In this document: positions 47,301-55,666 of the stretch, piece after piece
Layout of the letters: every line of letters begins with the position of its first letter
Numbering within the stretch: the first letter of the stretch is position 1
Position numbers and translations under genes: made by a program
Notes under the pieces: model-generated
The model's input: only the letters and a program-made list of their open reading frames with translations
Database searches by the model: none
What the model was told of the DNA's origin: nothing
From: a virus
Lineage: Duplodnaviria > Heunggongvirae > Uroviricota > Caudoviricetes
Strand: one strand, 5' to 3'
DNA: 64,000 nt
Virus record (IMG/VR): IMGVR_UViG_3300037312_000757

Positions 47301-48924
47301 CAACATGCCAGCTTCTGGCCAGTGGATCATGTACAACAACACTAACGGTGATTTCACCGTTACGTTGTCAAACGGCGGCGGAGCCACATATGTAGTACCG
47401 CAGAACGAATCCGCTTCCGTGTTGTCACAAACTGGCCTTGGTATTATCAATAGCAACGTTGCTGGTGCGGTGTTTACGCCTGCTACTGTGTCTACACTCG
47501 GTGGCGTTATTGTTCCAAACGGTGGCGGAATCACAGTCGATGCAAATGGTAATATCGGTGTGGCTGCTGGTAGCGCTTCTAATCTTGGTGGTGTAAAGCA
47601 AGGTGCTGGCGTAACTATTGCTGCTGATGGTTCATTGAGTGCAAATGTCACAACCGTTGCTGGCCGAACAGGTGACGTGGTCTTGGCTGTCGCTGATGTG
47701 ACAGGTGCTGCCCCTCTTGCCTCACCCGCGCTAACCGGTACACCAACAGCACCTACGCAAGCTGCAAACGACAATTCGACAAACATTGCCACAACCGCGT
47801 TTGTGAAATCTGCTATCAGCGGCGCGTCAGTCACATCATTCAATACTCGTACTGGTGCCATCACTCTACAAGCATCTGACATCACAAGTGCTGGTGGTGC
47901 ATTGACTGCCTCACCAACATTTACCGGTGCAGTGACGTTGCCCGTTCCACCAACCTATACTGCAAGTGACTTGCATGCGGCAACCACATCATTCGCATAC
48001 CAGGCAGGTCAGGGTGTTACCCAAGTTTCAATCGCAGGATTGGTTGGTACACAGTCGTTCGCTTTGACACCAGAGCAATATCGTTTCCCTGTTATTGAAA
48101 TTACTGGGGCTCCAAACGATACAAACGTGGTTGTTACTTTCCCGGCAAGCGGTCATTGGTGGGTATATAGCACAGTCGATACCCGTACTCTTGGTTATTA
48201 CGTTACAGTCAAGGGCCAAACTAGCACATCATACGCATTGACCGCTGGTCAATGGTATGAATTTGTTGCTGACGGTGCGGCAAATACAGGTCTGCTCTTG
48301 GTTAACCAATCTGGTGGTAACGGCATCAACGCTGTCACATCATTCAACGCACGCCAAGGTGCTGTCACATTGACAGCATCAGATGTGAACACCGCATTGA
48401 CTTACACTGCGGCAAATGCTGCGACAACTGCACCGCTCGCTTCACCTGCATTTACTGGTACGCCAACTGCACCTACAGCAACAGCGGGAACGAACACTAC
48501 ACAAGTAGCAACCACAGCGTTTGTTCAAGCTGCGTTGCCAAATACAAGCATATTTGCACCAAAGGCTTCTCCAACATTCACAGGTGTTGCGACTATCCCT
48601 GCGGCAGTTTACGGTGTGACGAGCTTGGGTAATGTGTCAGGTACTGTGACCATGGATTTGACTACATCGTCCCAGTGGACGATGACTATTACTGGTGCAA
48701 CCACATTTGCGTTCAGCAATCCACCAGCATCAGGCTCATGGGAAGTTGCATATCTGCGTTTGACTAATGCTGGTTCGGCTACGATTACGTGGCCAACATC
48801 TACGAAGTTCTCTGCTGGCACTGCACCAACATTGACTGCGGCGGGTGTTGACTTGCTTGGTGTATTCTATGATACCGTAACTTCAACCTACATGATCTTT
48901 GTGATTGGCTTGAACATCCAGTAA
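44344..48924 (+). CDS. Long tail fibre / receptor-binding structural protein
   Basis: 1526 aa, T/G/A/S-rich; repeats LA.VAT(S/T)G.Y.DL, SP.(F/L)TG.PTAPT...ATTAFV, V.SFN.RTG.V.L. Confidence 0.88.
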   Translation: MPTMSSGNITPGTGKITFPDNNTPTSISDSSTSESGTDASGNASGGNGSGSFIKSVTGHNISINNSSAVGILQGVTTGEDINFAFKAIIPGDGIQLASDGQSITITATHTDDTLARVAYTGSYQDLIDLPNLAKVATSGNYLDLINQPQLSTVAFTGRYTDLLNLPTILPQVNSDWLATTGTAQILNKPILAAVATSGAYNDLTGRPNLATVATTGSYNDLSDTPPIIPQVNSDWNATTGIAKILNKPNLATVATTGSYADLTNTPAPYELPIASTTQLGGVMLSNQFAVDETGVITIAAGFGSVKSVAMAMPSIFSVQGSPVTSTGTLTAVLLGQPANTVFAGPASGSADIPAFRQLTGADLPAATKTSLGTVYVPASSGLTIGTDGAIGFNVNSLVSSTTGYFVVDSPVFNGTPTAVNTPATSDNSNALATTAFVKSALTAFNLPPATATSIGGVIVANPDFSGLTVDASGNLAANVISFMDRTGKVRVQGSDLVNPGNGLFIVDSPVFNGTPSAVNTPIITDNSGNLATTAFVHNLVNASGVATFNGRTGQVTLGWGDLTPLGVAPLDSPVFTGNASAVTQANADSSTLLATTAFVHNLVNASGVATFNGRNGVVTLQASDLVDGTGRFLLQSPNIVGTATVATPTTGDNSNAIANTAFVQNTLNSVAVTSVAGKTGAVTLDYTNISGAAPINSPVFTGLPSTDGVTPFLLDQIDHTLATTQWVYEALSSAQTVDVHTWNPIPAKYYNSPILNLVGNLVVDTTVTLPSSGRWVIVNNAGPSNLTLSCGTGPTLQMVPGAFYDIVADGGIYIAGQMGVTRPFNDNTTYLATTEFVQTALGNLQTGVTSFNTRTGIIVLQPSDLQKTDGSGDFLLDSASFKGVPTAPTATFGTNTTQIATTQFVTTNFAPLASPALTGVPTAPTPARGDDSTTLATTHFLQRYMSSIVTVDVSDVSHGTTFTLTPAQYGTEIIQFIGVMTASVIINMPASGQWIMYNNTNGDFTVTLSNGGGATYVVPQNESASVLSQTGLGIINSNVAGAVFTPATVSTLGGVIVPNGGGITVDANGNIGVAAGSASNLGGVKQGAGVTIAADGSLSANVTTVAGRTGDVVLAVADVTGAAPLASPALTGTPTAPTQAANDNSTNIATTAFVKSAISGASVTSFNTRTGAITLQASDITSAGGALTASPTFTGAVTLPVPPTYTASDLHAATTSFAYQAGQGVTQVSIAGLVGTQSFALTPEQYRFPVIEITGAPNDTNVVVTFPASGHWWVYSTVDTRTLGYYVTVKGQTSTSYALTAGQWYEFVADGAANTGLLLVNQSGGNGINAVTSFNARQGAVTLTASDVNTALTYTAANAATTAPLASPAFTGTPTAPTATAGTNTTQVATTAFVQAALPNTSIFAPKASPTFTGVATIPAAVYGVTSLGNVSGTVTMDLTTSSQWTMTITGATTFAFSNPPASGSWEVAYLRLTNAGSATITWPTSTKFSAGTAPTLTAAGVDLLGVFYDTVTSTYMIFVIGLNIQ

Positions 48925-49040
48925 TGAAAAAAGGCGCGAGTGAGAAGTGGCCACAACCCACTCGCGCTTAACATAAAGGACCGGGGAGTCCTTTGAGAGA
49001 CCAGCAATTACTCTAACAAAAATAGAATGAAAAACAAGAG

Positions 49041-49088
49041 TTGACACCAGGTTCATTTGATCATAGAATGTGAAACATGGTAGACGAC
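49041..49088 (+). promoter_or_regulatory. Early promoter with conserved 5' leader
   Basis: TTGACA-N17-TAGAAT, GTTCATTTGATC spacer, ATGGTAGACGAC. Confidence 0.8.
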
Positions 49089-49103
49089 AAAGGAGAAACG
49101 AAC

Positions 49104-49319
49104 ATGGCAACGACTAATCTGCTCAATAAGGTTCTCGAACGTGCAGCAGCTAAGGGTTACGATCGGTTCGATGCTCTGGTTTTGATCGCAAAGCTTACGG
49201 ATACGAAGGGACTATATCAAATGGCCAAGCACTGGGGCGTCCTGGTGCAAAATTCGGCAGCTGATTTTGCTTGCGAGTTTTATTCAACATACAATCGCGA
49301 GATCGCAGTTCGCTATTGA
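49104..49319 (+). CDS. Early hypothetical protein
   Basis: AAGGAG RBS before ATG 49104. Confidence 0.6.
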   Translation: MATTNLLNKVLERAAAKGYDRFDALVLIAKLTDTKGLYQMAKHWGVLVQNSAADFACEFYSTYNREIAVRY

Positions 49320-49337
49320 ACGAAAACGTTCTAAACT

Positions 49338-49362
49338 AAAGGGGAGCATTTGCTCCCCTTTT
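49338..49362 (+). terminator. Intrinsic terminator
   Basis: AAAGGGGAGC-ATTT-GCTCCCCTTTT. Confidence 0.75.
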
Positions 49363-49419
49363 CGCCACCAGATTCAAATACAGTCATAAATAGTAGGTAT
49401 TTAATTCTTTGGGATTTTT

Positions 49420-50094
49420 ATGCATAATTCAACTAGTAGCATGCGCCTGCTGATGAAGCTCTGTGAGGCACCTAGCGCAATGAAGAAGGGCGACAAAATA
49501 CAACCAGATCAGATGGTGGAAGGCGATTTGGTTGAATTGAACGGCAAAACTCTTGTTGTAGTCGCAAAGAAAATGGGTCGAAAGTTCTACGAGATTTCTC
49601 TCTCAGAACCAAGCACTGGCAAGACCTTTACTTGGAAGCCATTTATTGGCAAGGATACCCAGCAAAAGCTGATTTTCTTGGGCAAAGCAGCAGATGGTGA
49701 TATGCAGGCTGGTGTGCAAAAGCGCAACGACCGTGCAGATGCAAAGTACGATCAATTGCGCCAGAACCAGGATGCGCTGGACAAAATGGATCTGAAACCA
49801 GGCATGGAAGTCCTGATTAAGTTCCGTCAAGGTAACTACTGGAAGACAGTTGATGGCGTTGACTACAAGTCAGGCCAAGTATCCGTCGTTGATGATCACA
49901 CACTGAACGCAAACCCAGATCTGTATCGCAATCCACATCGCCAGAAACGAAAGCTGATTCCTGCAAACTTCATTCTTGATAAGCGTGAAGGTTCAGAACA
50001 CACATCACAACGAGCGGCTGATTACGCTGACAAGTTGGATCAAAACCGTGATCAGGCTGCTATGAAGCGAGAACTGCGTAAACGCATGTGGTAA
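49420..50094 (+). CDS. Late hypothetical protein, possibly an internal head protein
   Basis: TAAATA at 49387-49392; N-terminal MRLLMKLCEA. Confidence 0.6.
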   Translation: MHNSTSSMRLLMKLCEAPSAMKKGDKIQPDQMVEGDLVELNGKTLVVVAKKMGRKFYEISLSEPSTGKTFTWKPFIGKDTQQKLIFLGKAADGDMQAGVQKRNDRADAKYDQLRQNQDALDKMDLKPGMEVLIKFRQGNYWKTVDGVDYKSGQVSVVDDHTLNANPDLYRNPHRQKRKLIPANFILDKREGSEHTSQRAADYADKLDQNRDQAAMKRELRKRMW

Positions 50095-50168
50095 AACATG
50101 ATGGGGAGCAAAGCTCCCCATCATTTTGGGCTTGATTTGCAACCAAGTGAATGTAGACCCGCAAACGA

Positions 50169-50843
50169 TTACCACAACAAGTTGAAATTACCCGCCATCA
50201 CTTTATCGACGGATGCCGACTTGCCACTATTGTGATCCTTCACAATATCATCTTGAAAACGATACGTGCGGATCTTGTCACCACGCATACCAGAACCCGT
50301 TTGCGCTTTGCGTTCGGCTGACTGCGCTGCATTGTGCTCCGCAGTAGCTTTACCGTTCAAACGATCGATGATTGCGACCTTTGCTTCATCAAGTGAGTTC
50401 TCACGACTACGGCATTGCGCGGTAGCAACGGTGCCTGTTGGAATGTGTGTGATGCGACACGAGTTCTGATGCTTATTGCGGTGTTGGCCCCCTGCACCAG
50501 TACCAGAGTACCACTCAATGCGGAAGTCACGCTCGTTCCAGGAGACGCTTGGTGCGTCTTGTGGGTCAATTACGGCTACAGTAACGGTCGAAGTGTGAAC
50601 ACGTCCGCGCCGTTCGGTTGGTGGAACGCGCTGGATTCTATGTCCGCCTGCTTCGTTTATGAGTTGGGAAAGATCGGTGCCTTCTACGGTAATGCTGACA
50701 CCAGAGTCGCCGTTATCGGCGTATTGAGTGAGTCAGCCGACTCGTGTGAAGTGCTTGATGTATGCGTTTGCCAGGTCTTTAGCAAACAGCTTTGAATCTT
50801 GGCCGCCTTCGGCCCCTTTGATTTCGATGATGCGTTTCATCAT
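50169..50843 (-). CDS. RF1-type class I peptide chain release factor (domain 1-less) with in-frame TGA at codon 37
   Basis: Manual translation: MMKRIIEIKGAEGGQDSKLFAKDLANAYIKHFTRVG*LTQY...EAGGHRIQRVPPTERRGRVHTSTVTVAV...GTGAGGQHRNKHQNSCRITHIPTG...RGDKIRTYRF; AAGGAG RBS; TGA at 50733-50735. Confidence 0.9.
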
Positions 50844-50892
50844 GTTCTCCTTTAAGTGAGGACCTACATTCTATTGCCATCTTAACTGGTAG

Positions 50893-51294
50893 TCAATAGC
50901 GTGTAAGCCCGGGATATTTATTGCTGTGAAACTCAGGTGACAGTGGACGCGCCCGCCATGACGTCTTGTTACTCACATCGTTGAAATAACGATCATCGCG
51001 AAACTGGCTGTTCACAATCTGGTTGAGCTCACGCGTTGATTGTGGGATCAAGCCATTTCCATCTTTGCCATCAAACGTCATTCCATGTTCGACGACATAT
51101 TTTTCCAGCGCTTTCCATTTGCGAACGTTTGATCGTCGTGGAGCGCGGAAATGATGACCAACGTTTACCATCTCTTTGCCACATTCAGGGCAAGGACGTT
51201 CGGCAGTTTTGACATGTGCATCATGAAAAACGATGCGGCACTTGAAACATGCACATCGGAATGAGAATGCAGTTCGCCTACGTTTCATGAACAT
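50893..51294 (-). CDS. Zn-ribbon protein
   Basis: CFKC...CPECG...FRAP. Confidence 0.65.
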   Translation of the reverse strand: MFMKRRRTAFSFRCACFKCRIVFHDAHVKTAERPCPECGKEMVNVGHHFRAPRRSNVRKWKALEKYVVEHGMTFDGKDGNGLIPQSTRELNQIVNSQFRDDRYFNDVSNKTSWRARPLSPEFHSNKYPGLTRY

Positions 51295-51363
51295 GACTGT
51301 ACTCCAAGCCTAAAAGCTCAGCATACAGTCATATGAACTACGAGTCAACAGATGAATCAGGTA

Positions 51364-51597
51364 TTACGTACCGATCAGCGTCAGTTTACCCATGATCATC
51401 ATCGGGAATTCGTTTTCGCCACCAGCTTTGTACACCGCATCTTGCATGACTGCTTCGGGCAGTTGCATCTCGGTGACCTTCATCAACACTGCTTGATCGA
51501 ACTTGAGACGCAGATCTTCTGGCAGTCGATCGGTCTCGATGATGTCCGACCATGCGTCATTGCCCAGCTTGTAGAAATGTGTGACTGCAACTTTCAC
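51364..51597 (-). CDS. Hypothetical protein
   Basis: Coupled ORF. Confidence 0.5.
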   Translation of the reverse strand: MKVAVTHFYKLGNDAWSDIIETDRLPEDLRLKFDQAVLMKVTEMQLPEAVMQDAVYKAGGENEFPMMIMGKLTLIGT

Positions 51598-51929
51598 TTG
51601 ATTTTCCCCTCTGCGTTTGCCTGTTTGATTTTCTCAATCCATTTGTCCAGCTTGGGCTGAGCAATGGCAACCAATTCTTGCTCGTTCAAGGTATCGCCAT
51701 TGTTCTTGAACAACAGGTCGAGACCCGAACAGATGAGGTCAATTGCCTCACCGTTGACACCATCAGGGCCAGGCGTCTTATAGCTATCACCGCTTGCAAT
51801 AGCAATCTCTTCGGCCACTTCGCCCAATTCAGCTTGCATAGCTGAACCGATCGAATACAGGGATCGCGTGCTGTGATATTGGTTGGCTTTCTGGCATGCC
51901 GCCAATACAGTTTCTACTAGCGACTTCAT
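51594..51929 (-). CDS. MazG-like nucleotide pyrophosphohydrolase
   Basis: ELGEVAEE...GEAIDL (ExxE/ExxD). Confidence 0.7.
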   Translation of the reverse strand: MKSLVETVLAACQKANQYHSTRSLYSIGSAMQAELGEVAEEIAIASGDSYKTPGPDGVNGEAIDLICSGLDLLFKNNGDTLNEQELVAIAQPKLDKWIEKIKQANAEGKIK

Positions 51930-52142
51930 TTAGTTCTCCACATCAAATTCCAAAAGTTCTTCGATCAACAGCTGGTAATGACACTTGACAGCATGTAATT
52001 GATCGAGCAACTTCTGCGTGATTTTTCCTGTCTTGCGACAAACGTCCAAAGCCTTTTGTAATTCGGCATCTAGCGCTTCGGACCGCAGATGGAACCATGT
52101 TTCAGTTCCATCTGCATGATAGCCTACAACAGAAACGACCAT
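51930..52142 (-). CDS. Hypothetical protein
   Basis: Coupled ORF. Confidence 0.5.
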   Translation of the reverse strand: MVVSVVGYHADGTETWFHLRSEALDAELQKALDVCRKTGKITQKLLDQLHAVKCHYQLLIEELLEFDVEN

Positions 52143-52612
52143 CAGCCGATCAGTTTCCCCAGCACGTCGCTTGCCAGCTTGCCGTCATACTGGCCGTTGT
52201 AGTTGGCCTTCAGAATGGCCATTGCTTTGCCGCGTTCCTTGGCCGTAATGCCATCCGGGAATTCGGCGCGGAAGATCTGTTCCAGTTGATCTGCCGTCAG
52301 TTGTTGTGGCAGATAGCCGTTCAGGATCTCGGCTTCCTTGCGTGCATCCGCGAGTGCCTGTTCGTCCTTGACATTCGCCTGCACTTCGGCGTTGCCCTTC
52401 AGGAACTTGCGCACAGTTGCGATGATTTCATCGCTCGTCGGATCGCGCTTGATCACGCGGCCGTCAGCATCACGTTGTTCCTTTTCGGCGGCAGCATCAG
52501 CGAGCGTTTTTGCTTCGCCGATCAGTGTCGTCAGCAGCGAAGCGACGATAGTGTTTTTGTCCTTGCGGGCCTGCAATTGGTCCGCTTTAATCTGTTCTAG
52601 CGTTACCGCCAT
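52142..52612 (-). CDS. GatB/YqeY domain protein
   Basis: LEQIKADQLQARK...EAEILNGYLPQQL...GKAM...GQYDGK. Confidence 0.85.
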   Translation of the reverse strand: MAVTLEQIKADQLQARKDKNTIVASLLTTLIGEAKTLADAAAEKEQRDADGRVIKRDPTSDEIIATVRKFLKGNAEVQANVKDEQALADARKEAEILNGYLPQQLTADQLEQIFRAEFPDGITAKERGKAMAILKANYNGQYDGKLASDVLGKLIG

Positions 52613-52691
52613 CACGTTCTCCTTTTTCTTCACTAATGGTCTTAGATGATACATTCATATAGGACCATCAGCAATGTTTATTGCTTATTGT

Positions 52692-53747
52692 TTATTGGGT
52701 CCCGCACGTATCTTTGCCTCCCAATTGATTGGGAACAATCGGCTTGCCGTGCATCCAATGCTTGACCGTTTGCACATGATTGGGGCGAACATACTTGGCT
52801 ACACTGTGGCGGAAGTCCGCATACGAGAAGCCGTCAGCAATACGCAGCACGTAACCTTCTTCGGTTACGGTGTCAAGATCAGTAGCCAGCTTACGCAGCT
52901 TTTGTTCATCGTAGATGCCATCGTAAATGACTTCTACGGGCGTGATGCTCATCAGCTCAAAATACTCTAGCGTGAGGTTCCAGGGCAAACAGAAGTTCTT
53001 GTCATCCCAGATCGAGAAGCCATAGAAGTACGACTTCAAGTCAGGATAAAAGATCGAATGCTCAGCGAACAAGTTTTCACCGCAGACGCGCCATCCCTCT
53101 GGAATGTCACCACAGATCTGACCCCAGAAGTTCTTCACCCAGTTGCGGCTAGGGTGATTACGACTGTCCACGCTACGTGCATGGATGTAGTCAGGATACA
53201 TGGTTGTATTCTCGCCATCCATTTTCTTGGTGGCAATCACACGCTTGCCTGCGAAGTTGGCATTGCAAACATTCGGCGGCAGAACACGGTCATCGCTCGA
53301 TGGCGTTGGTGACCAGGGCAGATGATATGTGCGCTGATACTTGACGTAGTGGGAGAACAACCCCAACACGCCACCTTGGGTAAGAATCTTCTGCACGCTT
53401 TCATCGTTGAACAGTTCGCCCTTCAGCCGTGTACCGTTCGGCTGAACCGGGTTGCCCCACTTGTCGTAGACTTGATCGTCGTACAAATGCGGCGGAATGA
53501 TCACCTTGGTGATACCGCAAGCATGACGCACGTCTTCGACACTGATCTCAGTGGTCTCACACTTGATGTGATGTTCACTACAGACCGAGGCTCCATTGTC
53601 CAAATAATAGCCACCGTCCGGCCATAGCCGACGTTCGAGAATGTGATGTGCGTCCTGCGCAGGTTTGTCGCAGAACACGCATTTGTTATTGTCACGCGCA
53701 AAAACTCCTTCGCGAAATTGATCACGCGTCAATAGCTTTTGACTCAT
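52692..53747 (-). CDS. HNH-like domain fused to ATP-dependent RNA ligase
   Basis: N-terminal RD..KCVFC...DAHHI...NGASVC..HH; ligase motifs KMDGEN, GEN, EGYVLR, KYV. Confidence 0.85.
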   Translation of the reverse strand: MSQKLLTRDQFREGVFARDNNKCVFCDKPAQDAHHILERRLWPDGGYYLDNGASVCSEHHIKCETTEISVEDVRHACGITKVIIPPHLYDDQVYDKWGNPVQPNGTRLKGELFNDESVQKILTQGGVLGLFSHYVKYQRTYHLPWSPTPSSDDRVLPPNVCNANFAGKRVIATKKMDGENTTMYPDYIHARSVDSRNHPSRNWVKNFWGQICGDIPEGWRVCGENLFAEHSIFYPDLKSYFYGFSIWDDKNFCLPWNLTLEYFELMSITPVEVIYDGIYDEQKLRKLATDLDTVTEEGYVLRIADGFSYADFRHSVAKYVRPNHVQTVKHWMHGKPIVPNQLGGKDTCGTQ

Positions 53748-54138
53748 TTTCTTTTCTCCATTCACGTGTGAGACCCAGCAGATATTTGGCCTCATCACGC
53801 ATAACACCCCAGATTGGTGTGCAGTTATGTTGTTCAACGTGCTTGATGAAGTTTTCGAGCTCGCAAATCAAGACTTCATTTGATGGATTCTGGTGAGCAC
53901 GATCGAGAACTGCGCTGTAAGTTGACAGCACGGCAGCACAATCAAGATGACCGTCACGATGATTTGTCGCACTGACTTCTTGCTGTTTGTTGCGAATCAG
54001 GAAGTACACAGGAAACTTGGCATAAAGAACTACCTTCCGTGAATCCTGATTCGCCAACTTTTCAGGGTTGTACCACAGCTTGAAGCGGCGCAACTTGATG
54101 TCGTTCAGCCTATTGTCGATGTCTTTGAATGTGGTCAT
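53722..54138 (-). CDS. Hypothetical protein
   Basis: MTTFKDIDNR...; start approximate. Confidence 0.5.
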   Translation of the reverse strand: MTTFKDIDNRLNDIKLRRFKLWYNPEKLANQDSRKVVLYAKFPVYFLIRNKQQEVSATNHRDGHLDCAAVLSTYSAVLDRAHQNPSNEVLICELENFIKHVEQHNCTPIWGVMRDEAKYLLGLTREWRKENESKAIDA

Positions 54139-54157
54139 GATATTCTCACCAGTTACT

Positions 54158-54475
54158 TCATGCTTGAAGCAACGCGGCTTTCGGCTCATATACTTTCTCT
54201 AACGTCACGATGATGTGATCGAGCTGCGACAGCGCCATCGCCATATGAGACGGCAACGTAAACAGACCATTCACGTGCGAGTACGCGCTCTTTGCGGCAC
54301 GAAGCAGCGCTTCATCTGTGTGCTTTGCTTTGTTCCGGTCCATCTCGCCGAAGAGCATGCTGAGCGCGGTGTAGCGCGCAAACAGCAGAGGATTGCCGGC
54401 CATGTAGCCACGAATAACTTGTGCGTCCAGTGCATCGAATTCAGCTTGCAACAGCTTAACAAGTTCGTTCTTCAT
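54158..54475 (-). CDS. Early hypothetical protein
   Basis: MKNELVK... after GGAG; TTGACG promoter with GTTCAAATGAAC spacer. Confidence 0.55.
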   Translation of the reverse strand: MKNELVKLLQAEFDALDAQVIRGYMAGNPLLFARYTALSMLFGEMDRNKAKHTDEALLRAAKSAYSHVNGLFTLPSHMAMALSQLDHIIVTLEKVYEPKAALLQA

Positions 54476-54538
54476 GAAAATGGCTCCAACGTGTTTAGTT
54501 GAAGCCAGTCTACGTTCATTTGAACGGCACGTCAAGCA

Positions 54539-54754
54539 TCATGAATGATTGATATTCCTCGGCGAGCCGTCATCGTTGTAATAACGAGCTGAGATTGGAA
54601 CCTTTTGATGCAAGCGCACATCATCCCGTATGAATTCCTCAGCACGTTCCAATGATCCAAAAGTTGGCGCATTCATAGGCCAATATATGCCCAGCTTCTT
54701 CTTTAGCACCTGAAAGGTACCAGGTGCGATCTCATCAATCCTGTACATGATCAA
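54539..54754 (-). CDS. Hypothetical protein, resembles 54751..55032
   Basis: YRIDE...G..W...SLE.A. Confidence 0.5.
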   Translation of the reverse strand: MIMYRIDEIAPGTFQVLKKKLGIYWPMNAPTFGSLERAEEFIRDDVRLHQKVPISARYYNDDGSPRNINHS

Positions 54755-55032
54755 TAATCAAGTGGTTTGCCATTTTCTTGAAACCAGTACTCACGTTTCT
54801 TAAACTTGGCCTTTTCCTGCTGTTCAGCCTTTTGTGCTAAACGCATTTCAGCATGATTTCGCAATGCTTCTCGTGCGTCCTCTAATGTTGAATAGACAAT
54901 CACATGTTCGCCGGCGTACGAGTTTTCTGTCACCTTGAACCAAAGGCCAAACAAACCCCTCTCTTTAATGTAGTAGCGATTGGGTTCAAATTCAACAATA
55001 CGATATTCGACGCGACTGTAGCTTCCTGGCAT
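54751..55032 (-). CDS. Hypothetical protein
   Basis: YRIVE...GLW...TLEDA. Confidence 0.55.
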   Translation of the reverse strand: MPGSYSRVEYRIVEFEPNRYYIKERGLFGLWFKVTENSYAGEHVIVYSTLEDAREALRNHAEMRLAQKAEQQEKAKFKKREYWFQENGKPLDY

Positions 55033-55433
55033 CAGTAGAGCCTCAAGTGTGACGTGATGCCTTCAAACTCTTCGTTGAAAGCAGGACCGATCGCAAGGCA
55101 GGTTACGGTTGGTTGACCGTTAAACACAGTCTTACCACTGTCGGTGATGCGACATACTGGCAAACCCGCTGCAATCGCTTTTGCTTCGATCGCCTCGAGC
55201 TCAGCCAAGTCCTTGCAACCCAGAACAGGCTTGGTGAAAATACCTTCCCACCATTCGGCCAACGCAGTGTCGTTTTCCACGACAAGCGTGTATTCACGCT
55301 GTTCTTCGGTAGCCGTTACCAGCATTTGAGACTTGATTGCGCCCATTGCGGCGTGGGCAACTTGCGCAGCCAATTTACCTGGCGGCATGTTGAGGTCGCG
55401 ACGTGCGACGATTACTTGTTTTGTTGGCATCAC
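55032..55433 (-). CDS. Peptidyl-tRNA hydrolase, Pth2 family
   Basis: KQVIVARRDLNMPPGKLAAQVAHA, DSGKT, TCLAIGP. Confidence 0.93.
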   Translation of the reverse strand: MMPTKQVIVARRDLNMPPGKLAAQVAHAAMGAIKSQMLVTATEEQREYTLVVENDTALAEWWEGIFTKPVLGCKDLAELEAIEAKAIAAGLPVCRITDSGKTVFNGQPTVTCLAIGPAFNEEFEGITSHLRLY

Positions 55434-55666
55434 TTTGCTCCGAAATACGTTTCCAGCTGATGGCGCAGCTTGCAGATGTTGTCTGTTTCACGATACGTGC
55501 TGATATACCCCTTACTGTCATGAAGGGACCATTGCATCACGATCTTCTTGCGTGGCTTCCACCACTTGCGAAAATGCAGAGTGAAAATAGTCTGAATGCC
55601 AAAATAGTGACGTTCAGTCTCAGTGTAATACTTGACTTCTTTGAGAAGTTCTTGTGAGAGGATCAT
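55430..55666 (-). CDS. Hypothetical protein
   Basis: Coupled ORF. Confidence 0.45.
   Translation of the reverse strand: MILSQELLKEVKYYTETERHYFGIQTIFTLHFRKWWKPRKKIVMQWSLHDSKGYISTYRETDNICKLRHQLETYFGAK

Noticed and set aside
45552-47885. Long antisense ORFs within the tail fibre (and similar ones opposite rIIA/rIIB and other genes)
   Set aside because: Antisense shadows from codon bias; no RBS or recognisable motifs
50733-50735. Selenocysteine or prfB-type +1 frameshift at the release-factor TGA
   Set aside because: The homologous residue is Trp, not Cys; the downstream domains are in the same frame; no CTT-TGA slippery site
50415-50795. Plus-strand 126-aa ORF and minus-strand 50357..50569 ORF
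   Set aside because: Shadows of the interrupted release-factor gene
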